64,000 nt of DNA, taken from Candidatus Latescibacterota bacterium (GTDB lineage: Bacteria; Latescibacterota; UBA2968; GCA-2709665). Positions within the stretch are counted from its first letter, which is position 1, and every line of letters begins with the position of its first letter. Location: contig OZ252100.1 of assembly GCA_965248435.1 (NCBI GenBank), positions 2,880,001-2,944,000 of the forward strand, read 5' to 3'. The translations under genes and the position numbers were made by a program. The notes under the pieces are model-generated. The model saw only the letters and a list, made by a program, of their open reading frames with translations, was not told the origin of the DNA and searched no databases. Shown here in pieces: positions 28,513 through 38,830 of the stretch.

Positions 28513-30096
28513 CTAAAATCCCCATTCAGCCATCCTGTAGTAGCGATCGACCACTGGCGCAAACTCTCTGTTGACCGCGACCTCGGATGCCTCGTCGAAC
28601 ATCCCTTTCCAAAAATGCAGCATCCCAACCATGGCCTCCCTGTTCAGGAACCGGGTCTCCACGCCCGAGAAGTCGATCTGCTCAGCATGCCGCCTCAGCT
28701 GTTCCCCCGAGATGACCTCGGCCTTCCTGCCAATGTTCCAACCCCACTCCCCCATCGTCGGTATCGCATTGTGATAGGGCAACACGGCAAACCCCGCGGC
28801 CTCCATCGTCCGGCGCACGCAGAGAAAGACCTCCTGCACGTGTAAGGGACTGGAGCTCTGCGTGACTACAACGCCGTTCTGCGACAGGTGCTGTTTGCAG
28901 ATCCCGTAAAACTCCTTCGAATAGAGCCTCGCCAGATCGGGTCCCTTCGGATCCGGCAGATCGATCAGGATCACATCATACATCTCTGCTGATGCCTCCA
29001 GATATCGCCCCGCATCCTGATTCAGGATCTTCACCCTCGAGTCGTTCATCGACCCCTCATTCGCATCCAGAAAGGCGGGGTGCGTCTGACCCAGCCGGGT
29101 GACGGCCGGATCCAGATCCACAACCGTTACCCGCTTCACATCAGGATACTTCAGCACTTCCCGCGCCGCCAGCCCATCACCGCCCCCAAGAATCAGCACC
29201 CGTTCTCGCGAACTCGCCAGCTGCATCGCAGGGTGAACGAGCGGCTCGTGGTAGCGCTCCTCGTCATACGTGCTGAACTGCACGGAGCCATTCAGGTAAA
29301 GCCAATGATATCCCTTCCACTCGGTGATCACGATCCGCTGATACGGCGTCTGCGCCTCGTAGATGATCCGGTCCTTGTACCTGCTCTGCTCCCCGAACAG
29401 CATTATAGGTCGGATCAGGACTGTGAGTGCGGCCAGCCCGATGCCCACGCACCAGAACCCCGCGATCAGGAAGGCGGGTCGCCTGAGCAGCGCCCGATAT
29501 CGCCACAACAGCACCGATGCCACACAGAAATTCACGGCCCCCAGCACAAGTGGCGTGTAGGTCAGTCCCAGTTTCGGCAGGGCAACGAAGGCGAACAGGA
29601 GCCCCCCAAGCAGGGCGCCATAGTAGTCCTTCTCCATCACCGAGGCGATGTTTGTCCGAAGCGCCTCGTAGGCCTCGTTCATCCGAGCCACGAGCGGAAT
29701 CTCTACACCGATCAGAATCCCGATCGCAATGGCGTAGAAATAGATAACGGCGCCTGCCTGCCCGATCAGCGCCGTTCCGAAATAGGCAGCTGCCGCACAC
29801 GTGGCACAGAGTGCGGACAGCGTGAACTCCACCGCGATGAATCGATCCAGCAGGGCCGCCTTCACGTGCCGACTCAACCGACTCCCCAGCCCCATCGAAA
29901 ACAACATCAGGGACATCACGAGCGTCCACTGAAGCGTCGTGTTGCCCAGAAGGTAGCTGGCCAGCGTCGACAGCACGAACTCGGCCACGATCCCGGCCAG
30001 TCCCGTCGCGAACAGACACGCCTTTAAAAGGTAGCCGTGCCCCGACTTCCTGGTGCTTTCCGGACCCGACTCACTCCGGGTCAGTGGCACTTGCAC
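28513..30096 (-). CDS. speE: Membrane-type polyamine aminopropyltransferase (spermidine synthase)
   Basis: N-terminal TM bundle; QTPYQRI, YHEPLVHP, VLILGGGDGLAAREV, DLPDP...LYSKEFY. Confidence 0.9.
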   Translation of the reverse strand: MQVPLTRSESGPESTRKSGHGYLLKACLFATGLAGIVAEFVLSTLASYLLGNTTLQWTLVMSLMLFSMGLGSRLSRHVKAALLDRFIAVEFTLSALCATCAAAAYFGTALIGQAGAVIYFYAIAIGILIGVEIPLVARMNEAYEALRTNIASVMEKDYYGALLGGLLFAFVALPKLGLTYTPLVLGAVNFCVASVLLWRYRALLRRPAFLIAGFWCVGIGLAALTVLIRPIMLFGEQSRYKDRIIYEAQTPYQRIVITEWKGYHWLYLNGSVQFSTYDEERYHEPLVHPAMQLASSRERVLILGGGDGLAAREVLKYPDVKRVTVVDLDPAVTRLGQTHPAFLDANEGSMNDSRVKILNQDAGRYLEASAEMYDVILIDLPDPKGPDLARLYSKEFYGICKQHLSQNGVVVTQSSSPLHVQEVFLCVRRTMEAAGFAVLPYHNAIPTMGEWGWNIGRKAEVISGEQLRRHAEQIDFSGVETRFLNREAMVGMLHFWKGMFDEASEVAVNREFAPVVDRYYRMAEWGF

Positions 30097-30881
30097 GTAT
30101 ATCCCCCATCCACCACCAGCTCCGCCCCGGTGATATACTTCGCCTCATCCGAGGCCAGGAAGAGTGAGGCATAGGCCACGTCCCACGCATCCCCCATCTT
30201 TCCGGTCGGACACTGGGCGTCCCGAATCCTGATCGTCTCCTCTACGTCCCCATCCGAGTAGAAGTCTGAAAGCAGCTTGTGGACCAGCGGGGTGTTCATC
30301 AGACCCGGCAGGACCGTATTCGCGCGGATGTTCTGTTGCGCGTACTGGATCGCGATGCTCTGCGTGAACTGTCTGATCGCCCCCTTTGTCGAAGCGTAAG
30401 AGATGTAAGGCACCCCCAGCCAACGGATGCCCGCGATGGAAGAAATGTTCACGATGGCCCCACTCCCCTGTTTTTCCATGTGGGGAAGCACGTATTTACA
30501 CGTCAAAAACATGCTCTTTAAATTGACGTCGATGACTCGGTCCCAGCTCTCTTCATCCGTTTCAACCGGCCCCCCGACGTCCAGAATGCCCACGTTGTTG
30601 TGAAGGATGTCGACGCGGCCGTAAACCTCTATACAGCGATCCACAAAGGACTTCACCTCGTCCGAGATCGATACATCGGCCTGGAGGACCGTGCATTCTC
30701 CCCCCTCCCCGTCGATAATCCCCTTTGTCTCCTCAGCAGCTTCGAGGTTGATGTCCACGCCGAAGATCTTGGCCCCCTCCCTCGCGAAGTGGACAGCAGT
30801 CGCCTTTCCGTTTCCCCATCCCGGCCCGATCGACCCGATCCCCGTCACAACAGCAACTTTGTATTTCAGGCGATCACCCAT
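30081..30881 (-). CDS. SDR family oxidoreductase
   Basis: TGIGSIGPGWGNG, HNNVG, YASTK, VDGG. ATG at 30881. Confidence 0.9.
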   Translation of the reverse strand: MGDRLKYKVAVVTGIGSIGPGWGNGKATAVHFAREGAKIFGVDINLEAAEETKGIIDGEGGECTVLQADVSISDEVKSFVDRCIEVYGRVDILHNNVGILDVGGPVETDEESWDRVIDVNLKSMFLTCKYVLPHMEKQGSGAIVNISSIAGIRWLGVPYISYASTKGAIRQFTQSIAIQYAQQNIRANTVLPGLMNTPLVHKLLSDFYSDGDVEETIRIRDAQCPTGKMGDAWDVAYASLFLASDEAKYITGAELVVDGGYTCKCH

Positions 30882-30906
30882 GTTTGATCCTTTCTCTTCG
30901 AGTGTC

Positions 30907-32448
30907 CTAGCTCGGTCGGTCCTGACCAAGCCGCTGTCTCAATTCCGTCTTCAGAATCTTACCATAGTTGTTCTTCGGGAGATCATCAACGAAGAGGTAG
31001 GCCCTTGGCCGCTTGAATCTCGCGATATGATCCAGGCAGAGCGCATCCAGTTCGCTCTCCAGGCCCTGATTGTCCGCGCCCTTTACAACGAAAGCGACGA
31101 CCTCTTCCCCCCACTCGTCGTGAGGGCGTCCGATGACCGAAACCTCGCTCACATCTTCGTGAAGGAGCAGCACCTCCTCCACCTCCCGGGGATAAATGTT
31201 CGCGCCTCCGCTGATAATCAGATCGTTCGATCGATCCTTAAGCGTGAGAAACCCGTCCTCGTCGAAGGCGCCGAGGTCCCCTGTGTGCAGCCAGCCCTCT
31301 CTTAGCGACTTCGCGGTCGCCTCCGGGTTCTCCCAGTAGCCGTTCATTACCGAATCTCCCCTCACCACAACCTCGCCGATCTCTCCTGCAGGCAGGGGAT
31401 GATCCTCTTCGTCCACCACACGCACTTCCACCACGGTGTGCGCCACCCCCACCGATGCGAGACGCTCCAAATAACGCGGATGATCACTCTCGGTGTGATG
31501 GGCCTTTGATAAAAAGGTGATCGTCATCGGGGTCTCACCCTGCCCATAGACCTGTGCGAGTTTATGGTTACCAAAGGCCGCCATCGCCTGCTTCAGGTCC
31601 GCGACGTACATGGGACCGCCACCGTAGACGATCGTCTTCAAATTGCTTGTGTCTGCACTTCTGCTGTTCGGGTGATCGACCAGGCGCTTCACGATCGTAG
31701 GGGCGGCGAAAAAAGAGACATCTTGATGTTTGGGAATCAGCTCGAGGACTTCCCCCGGGTCGAACCGTCCGCTTTCGGGGATCACCTGCTTTGCGGCCGC
31801 AGCGACGTGGATCGAATTGTAGAGCCCGGACCCGTGAGACATCGGGGCGGCGTGGAACAGGCTGTCACCGGGTGAAACAGAGTCCAGATCCACAAAATAG
31901 CTCAGCGTCATGGCAAGGAGATTCCGGTGGCAAAGCGTCGCTCCTTTGGGCCGACCCGTCGTCCCGCTTGTGTAGAAAAGCCAGGCCGGCGACTCGATAC
32001 CTACGTGCGCCATGGGGATCGGATCTCCCTTGAGGAGTGACTCGTATTCGGACGATGCCGCTGAGATGACCCGTTCGAGCGCGGGCAGATCATCGGAAAG
32101 GTGGGCCACTGTCTCCTCCAGATTCGGAGTTACGAAGCAGCATTTCGCGCCTGAGTTCTCCAGAATGTATTCAAACTCCCTCTGGTGGAGTTTTGCATTT
32201 ATCGGTACGACGCAGAGACCGGCGTGCCAGGCTGCGTACATCACCTCCAAAACCTGCGGACAGTTCTGCATGACGATCGCGACCCGGTCTCCGGTCGTCA
32301 GCCCCAGCCGATCCTTGAAGCGTCCTCCGATCGTTGCCGCACGACGCGCAAACTCGCGGTAGTTGCAATAGACCTTATCCCCCACCGCGATGGCGGGATG
32401 GTCACCGTAGGTGTTTGCTGCCCTTATTAAAAGCCCTGCGAGGTTCAT
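30907..32448 (-). CDS. AMP-dependent acyl-CoA synthetase
   Basis: YTSGTTGRPKG, YGQGE, TGDLG, ISGGANIYPREVEE, LPKNNYGKI. Confidence 0.92.
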   Translation of the reverse strand: MNLAGLLIRAANTYGDHPAIAVGDKVYCNYREFARRAATIGGRFKDRLGLTTGDRVAIVMQNCPQVLEVMYAAWHAGLCVVPINAKLHQREFEYILENSGAKCCFVTPNLEETVAHLSDDLPALERVISAASSEYESLLKGDPIPMAHVGIESPAWLFYTSGTTGRPKGATLCHRNLLAMTLSYFVDLDSVSPGDSLFHAAPMSHGSGLYNSIHVAAAAKQVIPESGRFDPGEVLELIPKHQDVSFFAAPTIVKRLVDHPNSRSADTSNLKTIVYGGGPMYVADLKQAMAAFGNHKLAQVYGQGETPMTITFLSKAHHTESDHPRYLERLASVGVAHTVVEVRVVDEEDHPLPAGEIGEVVVRGDSVMNGYWENPEATAKSLREGWLHTGDLGAFDEDGFLTLKDRSNDLIISGGANIYPREVEEVLLLHEDVSEVSVIGRPHDEWGEEVVAFVVKGADNQGLESELDALCLDHIARFKRPRAYLFVDDLPKNNYGKILKTELRQRLGQDRPS

Positions 32449-32464
32449 GGTTGATCTTCCTCAC

Positions 32465-32495
32465 TGTAGAGACGCCCCGGTTGGGCGTCTCTACA
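32465..32495. repeat. GTAG-family REP palindrome
   Basis: TGTAGAGACGCCC-CGGTT-GGGCGTCTCTACA, perfect 13-bp stem. Confidence 0.75.
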
Positions 32496-32523
32496 CCTAG
32501 CAAATAGCGATTTTTGACTCACG

Positions 32524-32552
32524 AAAAAAGCGCCCGCCAAATCGGCGAGCGC
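32524..32552 (-). terminator. Intrinsic terminator downstream of the coiled-coil gene
   Basis: Minus strand GCGCTCGCC-GATTT-GGCGGGCGC-TTTTTT. Confidence 0.7.
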
Positions 32553-32688
32553 CATTAAAAAAACAACCTGCCGCGCGACCTCAGAAAGGCGGAATCCCAT
32601 CCCCCCACCCCGCACCCCTCACCTTCCTATTTTAATGCAGCAGGGAATGATTTCAAAACTGAATCGGTTCGTCTAATCGTTTACATAT

Positions 32689-34266
32689 TTACTTGGGGGC
32701 ATAAGCATGATGAGGAGAGAAATTCTTGTCGTAATTCAATCGCACGTAGCGGATGAGCGCCTTCTCCTGAATGTTCATCCGGTCCACCAGCTTTCGCATC
32801 GGTTCCTGGCGCTCTTTGAGGTGCTCGGCCTGCGCCTTCATGTTCTTTGAATATCCGAGGAGGGACCCCAGCTGGCTCCGCTGTTTGTTCATCGTCTCCT
32901 TCATCTCCTCCATCTCCGTCGCCAGATTTGACTCCTTGTAGCTCTCCAGGTCTCCCTGGATCACATCCATCTCCTGCTGCTGGACCTCAAGCTGCTTCTG
33001 GTAGCTCTTCTCCTGGGTATCCAGCGCATCCAGGCCGGCCATTGCGCGTTGTTTTTCCTTCTCCACATCCTCGATATACTCGAGCAGCTCTTCGGGCTCC
33101 ATCTCCTCGAACTCTTCCAGCGAAGGAATCTCTTCGGCTCCTGAAAGCACCGCCTTCAACTTGTCGAACTGATCCCTGAGGTCGCGGCGCTCACCCTCCA
33201 GTTCTTCCTCGAACTGGTGCCTCAGTTTTCGCTCCCTTTGAAGCGAATCCTTCAACTCTTCCAGCTCCGTCCCGGTCTTCTCAGCCTGCGACTCCAGGCG
33301 GCTAATCGTGGCCTGGTTCGTCTTGAGCGTCTCTTCGTACTGACCCAGCTTGTTCGCCATCTCGCTCGGAGCTTCGACCTTACGCGCCTGACCCTGCTTC
33401 TGTTGCTTCTCCTTATCGACGGTGGCCTGGGCGCGCTTGAGCTGTTCCCCAAGCGTCTGAATCTGCCGATTCTTGTCCTCGATCTGGACCTGCTGATCCC
33501 GAACGTCCTTCTTGGATCCTTCTAAACTCTTCTTGAGAGAGTTGACCTCCTCCAGCAGTTCCTCAATCTTTTGTGAAAGGAACTTGGAACGGTCTGCCTC
33601 CTTGTCCTCGGTCTCCTCACTCTCCCCCGTGCGACCTAGATGAAGGTCGAAGGCCTCGATAATCGAATCAGGGTCTTCCAGAAGCGTATTCCACCGCTCC
33701 GATCCCAGGGCCTCTCTCACACGCTGGACCTCTGCGGTGAGCTCTCCGTTTCCACTCTCATGCCCGTTCGATTCCCGCGCGGCAAGTTCGGCCGTCTCGC
33801 CTTTCGACTTTTCAGCCTTTGGCTCTTCTACGCCTTCCTTCTCTTGATCCCCTTCTTTCAGTCCAGGCCCAGCTTCGGTCGACTCGGCCACCTCCAGCAG
33901 GGCGTCAATGGCGCGCGCCAGTTCCTCAACCGGCTTCCCGGCCACGCGCTCCCACTTTTTAGTGCCGTAACCGGCCCCCTGCAAGAGGTTCCGAACGGCC
34001 TCCATATTCTCAGTTTTGGTGAATTTCCGGGCAGCAACTCCGAATTCGGAGCACCATTCATCCGTGTAATACTTAGGAATCGCCTCCAGCTGGGGAAACG
34101 CAATCCGAAAATGGTCGTAGAACGTCCTCAGGTTTCGGACGAAATGGAACCACCGGTTTGGACTGTAGGAGGTCTTCTTGACCCCGTTCGCGGATTCACG
34201 GCCAGGGGCCTTGTCTGTGGCCCCGCCCGTCTTCCTTTTCTCAGGAGGCATGGGTTCCTCCTCCAA
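32689..34266 (-). CDS. Hypothetical E/K-rich long coiled-coil protein
   Basis: Aromatic-rich N-terminal domain, acidic linkers and about 300 aa of heptad-rich sequence; GGAGGAGG precedes ATG at 34251. Confidence 0.75.
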   Translation of the reverse strand: MEEEPMPPEKRKTGGATDKAPGRESANGVKKTSYSPNRWFHFVRNLRTFYDHFRIAFPQLEAIPKYYTDEWCSEFGVAARKFTKTENMEAVRNLLQGAGYGTKKWERVAGKPVEELARAIDALLEVAESTEAGPGLKEGDQEKEGVEEPKAEKSKGETAELAARESNGHESGNGELTAEVQRVREALGSERWNTLLEDPDSIIEAFDLHLGRTGESEETEDKEADRSKFLSQKIEELLEEVNSLKKSLEGSKKDVRDQQVQIEDKNRQIQTLGEQLKRAQATVDKEKQQKQGQARKVEAPSEMANKLGQYEETLKTNQATISRLESQAEKTGTELEELKDSLQRERKLRHQFEEELEGERRDLRDQFDKLKAVLSGAEEIPSLEEFEEMEPEELLEYIEDVEKEKQRAMAGLDALDTQEKSYQKQLEVQQQEMDVIQGDLESYKESNLATEMEEMKETMNKQRSQLGSLLGYSKNMKAQAEHLKERQEPMRKLVDRMNIQEKALIRYVRLNYDKNFSPHHAYAPK

Positions 34267-34441
34267 ATTTACGAAAGTCTTTGATTCTTATGCAGTTCAT
34301 GACATATAGATCGTCAAATTCGGCCCCATCCTCCACTCATGCCGATTTCGAACGGTGACGAAGTGTCTCCGAGAACTTCGGAGTATTATATAAAACCATC
34401 TAAAATGCCCTTTGGACGTGATCCGCATCACATGGGGGGCA

Positions 34442-35302
34442 CTAAAGAGACCAGACAATCAAAAATGAGGCCCCCACGTAAGAAAAGGCTTCGATGAAGC
34501 CGGCCCCCAGGTGGGGTTTCTCCTGATTTGAGATTTCCGCCGACAGGCTCAGGCCCGGCAGAAGGATCTTATCCGTCCCGATTCTGACAATCGGTAAGAC
34601 CACCAATCCAGCCAGGACCTCGATCCCGAACCCCTGAAGACTGAGGCCCCACGAAATGAAATCACCCTCCACGGCGTGCCGAACCACGTTTCCGATCCCC
34701 ACCAAAGCCCCTGCGAAGCCTAACCCAGCCGCCACATTGTCCCGTTCGATCTCTGCGTGGACGTCGTACGAGGTGATCCAGTCGTAGACGACACTGGCGA
34801 TAACGAGCACCGCCTGCCCCAGCAGCCAGAAGACGACGACGCTGGTGACTGTGCCGACCGTTCCCACCACGGAAACCCCCGAAACGGCGCCGTGTATAAC
34901 CAGTCCGGTCGCGATGTAGGTCGCACAGAGGACGGCTCCAGTACCCACATTCTTGTCACGAACGATCTCATCTCGGATGGAAAAACCGCGTAAAATGAGC
35001 CGGTCGTTGACCAGCCGAGACAGGTTCAGCAGAATGATGGAGAGCGGACCGTAGATGAGTACGTCGGTCAGGTCTTCCTCCAATCCGTGCGAGGGACCCG
35101 AAATCACCCCGCCGATTGCCAGGATGAGGCCGAAGAAATAACCCACCAGAGCCACAGCGAGTGCGGTATTGTCTCGTTCCACAAGCTCATCCTGAACCCG
35201 GTAGCTCGGCGTCGTCCAGTCGTAGACCAGTTTCCCGATCCAGAAGAGAACAAACGAACAGACCAGGTAGATTCCGGTTTCACCCAAGTCTTGCCATATC
35301 AT
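34442..35302 (-). CDS. DUF350 (YjfL-like) membrane protein, duplicated domain
   Basis: Repeated ELVERDNTA / EIVRDKNVG / EIERDNVAAG motifs between TM helices. Confidence 0.85.
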   Translation of the reverse strand: MIWQDLGETGIYLVCSFVLFWIGKLVYDWTTPSYRVQDELVERDNTALAVALVGYFFGLILAIGGVISGPSHGLEEDLTDVLIYGPLSIILLNLSRLVNDRLILRGFSIRDEIVRDKNVGTGAVLCATYIATGLVIHGAVSGVSVVGTVGTVTSVVVFWLLGQAVLVIASVVYDWITSYDVHAEIERDNVAAGLGFAGALVGIGNVVRHAVEGDFISWGLSLQGFGIEVLAGLVVLPIVRIGTDKILLPGLSLSAEISNQEKPHLGAGFIEAFSYVGASFLIVWSL

Positions 35303-36003
35303 TTCCCAAATCCTCCTCCGCGGCTTCCAAAGCCAGTTCGGCCGCGTCCAACCCGATTTTGCACGCGTCGCGAAAACGAACTCTTTCTGCGTGCCATGGC
35401 CTGTTTGCGGCGCTCGTAAAAGCCCGGTTTCCTCTGTTTCGTGACCGAGCCCCCTGTCCCGTATTCACGATTCGGGCCATAATAGGGTCGACCCCGACCC
35501 CGGTTACTCCGATAATCGTCATAATTTCGGCGATAAATCGACTGACCCCCCCCCATCAGGCTCCGCATCATCGCATATTGCCCATAGAAAACCCAGAAAC
35601 TTCCTCCCCCTCCACCCCAGTGGCCATACTGCGGATTTCCGACATAGTGATAACCCGCCGGGTGAGGCGTGTCGGTCACTCCCTCGTCCGACTTGGCCGT
35701 CAGGGCCATGCCGAGAAAGGGTTCGTACTTTCTGTAGATCGATTCCTGGACCTCCACCCAGCCAGAGACCCGTTCCCGGCTGCCCTGGACCACCTTGTAG
35801 CGGTGGTAGTACTTTGAAAAAAAGCCGGGTTCCTCCTGCATGTCTTCCAGGATGATCATGTATTCAGGCGCAGAGGCAAGGCTCTCCTGCATGGCCTGAA
35901 CGGGATCTGTGGGTCCACCACAGCCTGGTAGGGTAAGAAGTACCACCAGGAGAATCGGCGCGAAAAGGCCGGATCGTGGACGCGACCAGATAAGCTCGCT
36001 CAT
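35299..36003 (-). CDS. Hypothetical lipoprotein with Gly/Arg-rich C-terminus (PspA-DUF350 cluster associated)
   Basis: Lipobox-like LPGC; YVGNPQYGHW...FWVFYGQY; ends GSRGGGFGK; ATGA overlap with the DUF350 gene. Confidence 0.75.
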   Translation of the reverse strand: MSELIWSRPRSGLFAPILLVVLLTLPGCGGPTDPVQAMQESLASAPEYMIILEDMQEEPGFFSKYYHRYKVVQGSRERVSGWVEVQESIYRKYEPFLGMALTAKSDEGVTDTPHPAGYHYVGNPQYGHWGGGGGSFWVFYGQYAMMRSLMGGGQSIYRRNYDDYRSNRGRGRPYYGPNREYGTGGSVTKQRKPGFYERRKQAMARRKSSFSRRVQNRVGRGRTGFGSRGGGFGK

Positions 36004-36079
36004 CTATGCGCACCTTCCGTTGATTGTGATATTCATTTCAACTCAAAGATACGTCCCCTTGACTGAAGGGGCAAGACGC

Positions 36080-36109
36080 TTGCGAATCCTCCTGGACCTC
36101 TGCTATATT
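36080..36109 (+). promoter_or_regulatory. Sigma-70 promoter
   Basis: TTGCGA-18 nt-TATATT with extended -10 TG. Confidence 0.55.
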
Positions 36110-36171
36110 GTGATCCGCTTTCGAGATCGACGGGATGCGAGCACGAGATCACAACAAAAGGAGTTACTCCG

Positions 36172-36801
36172 ATGCGGATCATCATAATCGGTTGCGAGTA
36201 CGTGGGGAAGTCCACGCTGATTCAGGAACTGATGAAGTGGGGGCCCGAACACGGTTTCCCTCTTCATCTCGACGACCATTTTTCGATCCCGGACACCCAG
36301 ACGCTCCTGCAGAAGAGCGACCAGGAAGTCCAGATGAATTTCTCACAGACGATGAAGGAGCGCTTTCAGCGATTTCAAATCGCCTACCACTTGATCCTCC
36401 TCAAAAAATTAGAACACATGATCCTGGGCGGTTTCCACATAGAAGAGACCATCTATGGCCCCCGATACTACTATCCCGACATGTACAGGCCCCCAGAACT
36501 GCCCCGGATGTATGAACTAGAGATGCCCGACGACATGATCCTGCTCCTCCTCACCGCCGGCGCCGAAGTCATCGAAAAGAGGATGCACGAGGAGCCGCAC
36601 ACCCATCCTCTCGTCTCCACTGATGATATTCAGCCCGTTTTGGACGAGTTTCGTCAAGAATACATGTCCAGCTGGATCAAGCGTAAATTCGAGATGGATA
36701 CGTCCAACCTCGCGCCCGAAGACATCCTTGAGGTGTTCCTCGACGCTTGCACGCCGCACCTAAGCGCCAGAGACCTCCTCATCAAGATGAACAGGTCGTG
36801 A
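36172..36801 (+). CDS. P-loop nucleotide/nucleoside kinase-like protein
   Basis: N-terminal Walker A IIIIGCEYVGKST; LLLLTA...IEKR; AAGGAG SD. Confidence 0.7.
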   Translation: MRIIIIGCEYVGKSTLIQELMKWGPEHGFPLHLDDHFSIPDTQTLLQKSDQEVQMNFSQTMKERFQRFQIAYHLILLKKLEHMILGGFHIEETIYGPRYYYPDMYRPPELPRMYELEMPDDMILLLLTAGAEVIEKRMHEEPHTHPLVSTDDIQPVLDEFRQEYMSSWIKRKFEMDTSNLAPEDILEVFLDACTPHLSARDLLIKMNRS

Positions 36802-36835
36802 CTTCGAAGCAGGTTCTGTCTCGCACTGCCTCCAG

Positions 36836-38830
36836 ATGCGCCCAAACCTCCCGCTAGCCGGCATCCTCCTGCTCGCGGCCGTGCTCCGATTCTACGGCCT
36901 GGACTGGGGGATCGCCTCCCTCAAAGACTATCGGATTGATGGAAGACACATCTCCTTTGCCGAAAGTGGATTCCATCCCGACAGCAATGCCCTCGAGTTG
37001 GCTACAGCCAGCCTGGACGACTCACTCTATCCGACCATAGAACGAGAAGGACAGACGTATCTCTTCTCGAGTTACGGTACGTTGTTCATGTATATCTTCT
37101 GGGCCGTCGGCAAGCTTTCAGGGGAGCTTCTCGGGTTCGACGCCTTCTCGACGGACTCGGCAGGGGACGCAGATGCAACCCGGCTCGTCGGTCGTGCCAT
37201 TTCAGCGTCCTATGCCCTGGCCACCGTCTGGCTGGTTTATCTGCTCGGGAGACGTTGCTTCGGCACGCGATCAGGCGAGCTGAGCGCATTGTTGCTGGCG
37301 CTCACCCCCATGAGTATCCAGGCCGCTCACATGGCGACCGTGGACGGTCTCCTCGGCCTGCTGGCTGTCTGGCTGTGCCTCTGTTCGGTTAAGATCTGTC
37401 GCGCCGGGTCTCTTTACACCTATCTGTGGTCTGGCGTCGTCCTCGGTCTCGCCGTTGCCACGAAGATAAACGGTGCCCTCCTCGTGTTCGCCCCTGTCAT
37501 TGCCCACCTGCTGGTCTCGATGAGGTCCTCGAGAATCAATTCCAAGCTAAGGGCAATCTTTCTGCGCCCAGGCCTCTACGTGACTGCCGCGTCCGCGCTC
37601 GGGACCTATATGGTGCTCACCCCAGCAGCGTTGTTTCGCTCTCGAGACTATTTCTTGACCGAGTTCTATGGAAACATCTTTCACGTCTTCGAGATGAACA
37701 TCGGCGGAGATTTTGTGCAGAAGGGATCGGTCTACCTGGAGGGCACGTCGTATCTATACCTGCTGACGGATGTCTTTCCGGCAGGTCTCGGCTGGCCCCT
37801 CTTTCTCGTGTCGGTCCTGGGCATACTCTACGCCTTCACCCAGCGTAAGCCTGAGGACCTGATCGTGGTGGGCACTCTCCTGATTTGCTGCCTCTTGCTG
37901 GGACGTCTTTTGGACAAACCGATACGCTATTACGTCCTGCTGGGGCCCATGTTTGCCCTGCTTTCAGCAAGGCTGATCGGGGCAGCGATTTCGCGAACGC
38001 AAGGCAGGCTAAGGATTGGCACAATTGGAGGCACAATCTGCCTCTCGGGCTGGACAGGCTTGAATGCGTTGGCCTTCGTCACGATCTACGCAATTCCGGA
38101 CAGTCGCGTAGAGGCGGCGAACTGGGTCCACACACACCTTCCGCCAGGTTCAACGATTCTGGTGGAGAGAGGACACAACGATTTCTCATCGCTCTTATCG
38201 GAAAAAGAGTATCGGCGGATCACCATGAACATCGAGCAGGAGGCATACAAAACGTGGAATGACTCCCTTGCAAGAAATGGAGACTATGCGGCCATCTGGG
38301 AAATGGAATACCTGGACCGGGCCGACTGCCTGCTCATTTCGGATGATCGAATGGCGCTGGCCAGATCCAACGCGTCGGCTGAACAATACTACCGTCTTCT
38401 CTTTGAGGGGAAACTGCCCATGAGGCTCGTGGAATCCTACGAGATGATCCCCGAATTCCTCTCCTGGACGTTCGACGACACAAAGCTTGATCTCAACAGT
38501 CGGCGATATGACCATCCTTCGACATTCGTTTTTCGACGCTCGAAGGGGTACTCCATCTTTTCCGGGCGTCCCGACCTAGAACGATACCGGATGCGCACCA
38601 GAAAGGACTGTCTCGACCTGTTCGACGACGCGATGAAACTCAAGGATTACCTGCTGTTCAGGCATTGTCTGACTCGAAAGCTTCGAGCTTCTCTCTCAAG
38701 CAGTTTGCAGTGGCGGCTCTTTCTCCAGTTTCTTCGACAACCGGACCTGCGCCAGGACCTGGAGGACCCGTTTGCCCTCGTCCTGGAAGATGGGATCTGG
38801 CGAATCAACGTGACCGCAGAATTCAGGTAA
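36836..38830 (+). CDS. GT39/PMT/ArnT-like membrane glycosyltransferase
   Basis: LRFYGLDWG...FHPD, multiple TM helices, AHMATVD, GLAVATK. Confidence 0.8.
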   Translation: MRPNLPLAGILLLAAVLRFYGLDWGIASLKDYRIDGRHISFAESGFHPDSNALELATASLDDSLYPTIEREGQTYLFSSYGTLFMYIFWAVGKLSGELLGFDAFSTDSAGDADATRLVGRAISASYALATVWLVYLLGRRCFGTRSGELSALLLALTPMSIQAAHMATVDGLLGLLAVWLCLCSVKICRAGSLYTYLWSGVVLGLAVATKINGALLVFAPVIAHLLVSMRSSRINSKLRAIFLRPGLYVTAASALGTYMVLTPAALFRSRDYFLTEFYGNIFHVFEMNIGGDFVQKGSVYLEGTSYLYLLTDVFPAGLGWPLFLVSVLGILYAFTQRKPEDLIVVGTLLICCLLLGRLLDKPIRYYVLLGPMFALLSARLIGAAISRTQGRLRIGTIGGTICLSGWTGLNALAFVTIYAIPDSRVEAANWVHTHLPPGSTILVERGHNDFSSLLSEKEYRRITMNIEQEAYKTWNDSLARNGDYAAIWEMEYLDRADCLLISDDRMALARSNASAEQYYRLLFEGKLPMRLVESYEMIPEFLSWTFDDTKLDLNSRRYDHPSTFVFRRSKGYSIFSGRPDLERYRMRTRKDCLDLFDDAMKLKDYLLFRHCLTRKLRASLSSSLQWRLFLQFLRQPDLRQDLEDPFALVLEDGIWRINVTAEFR

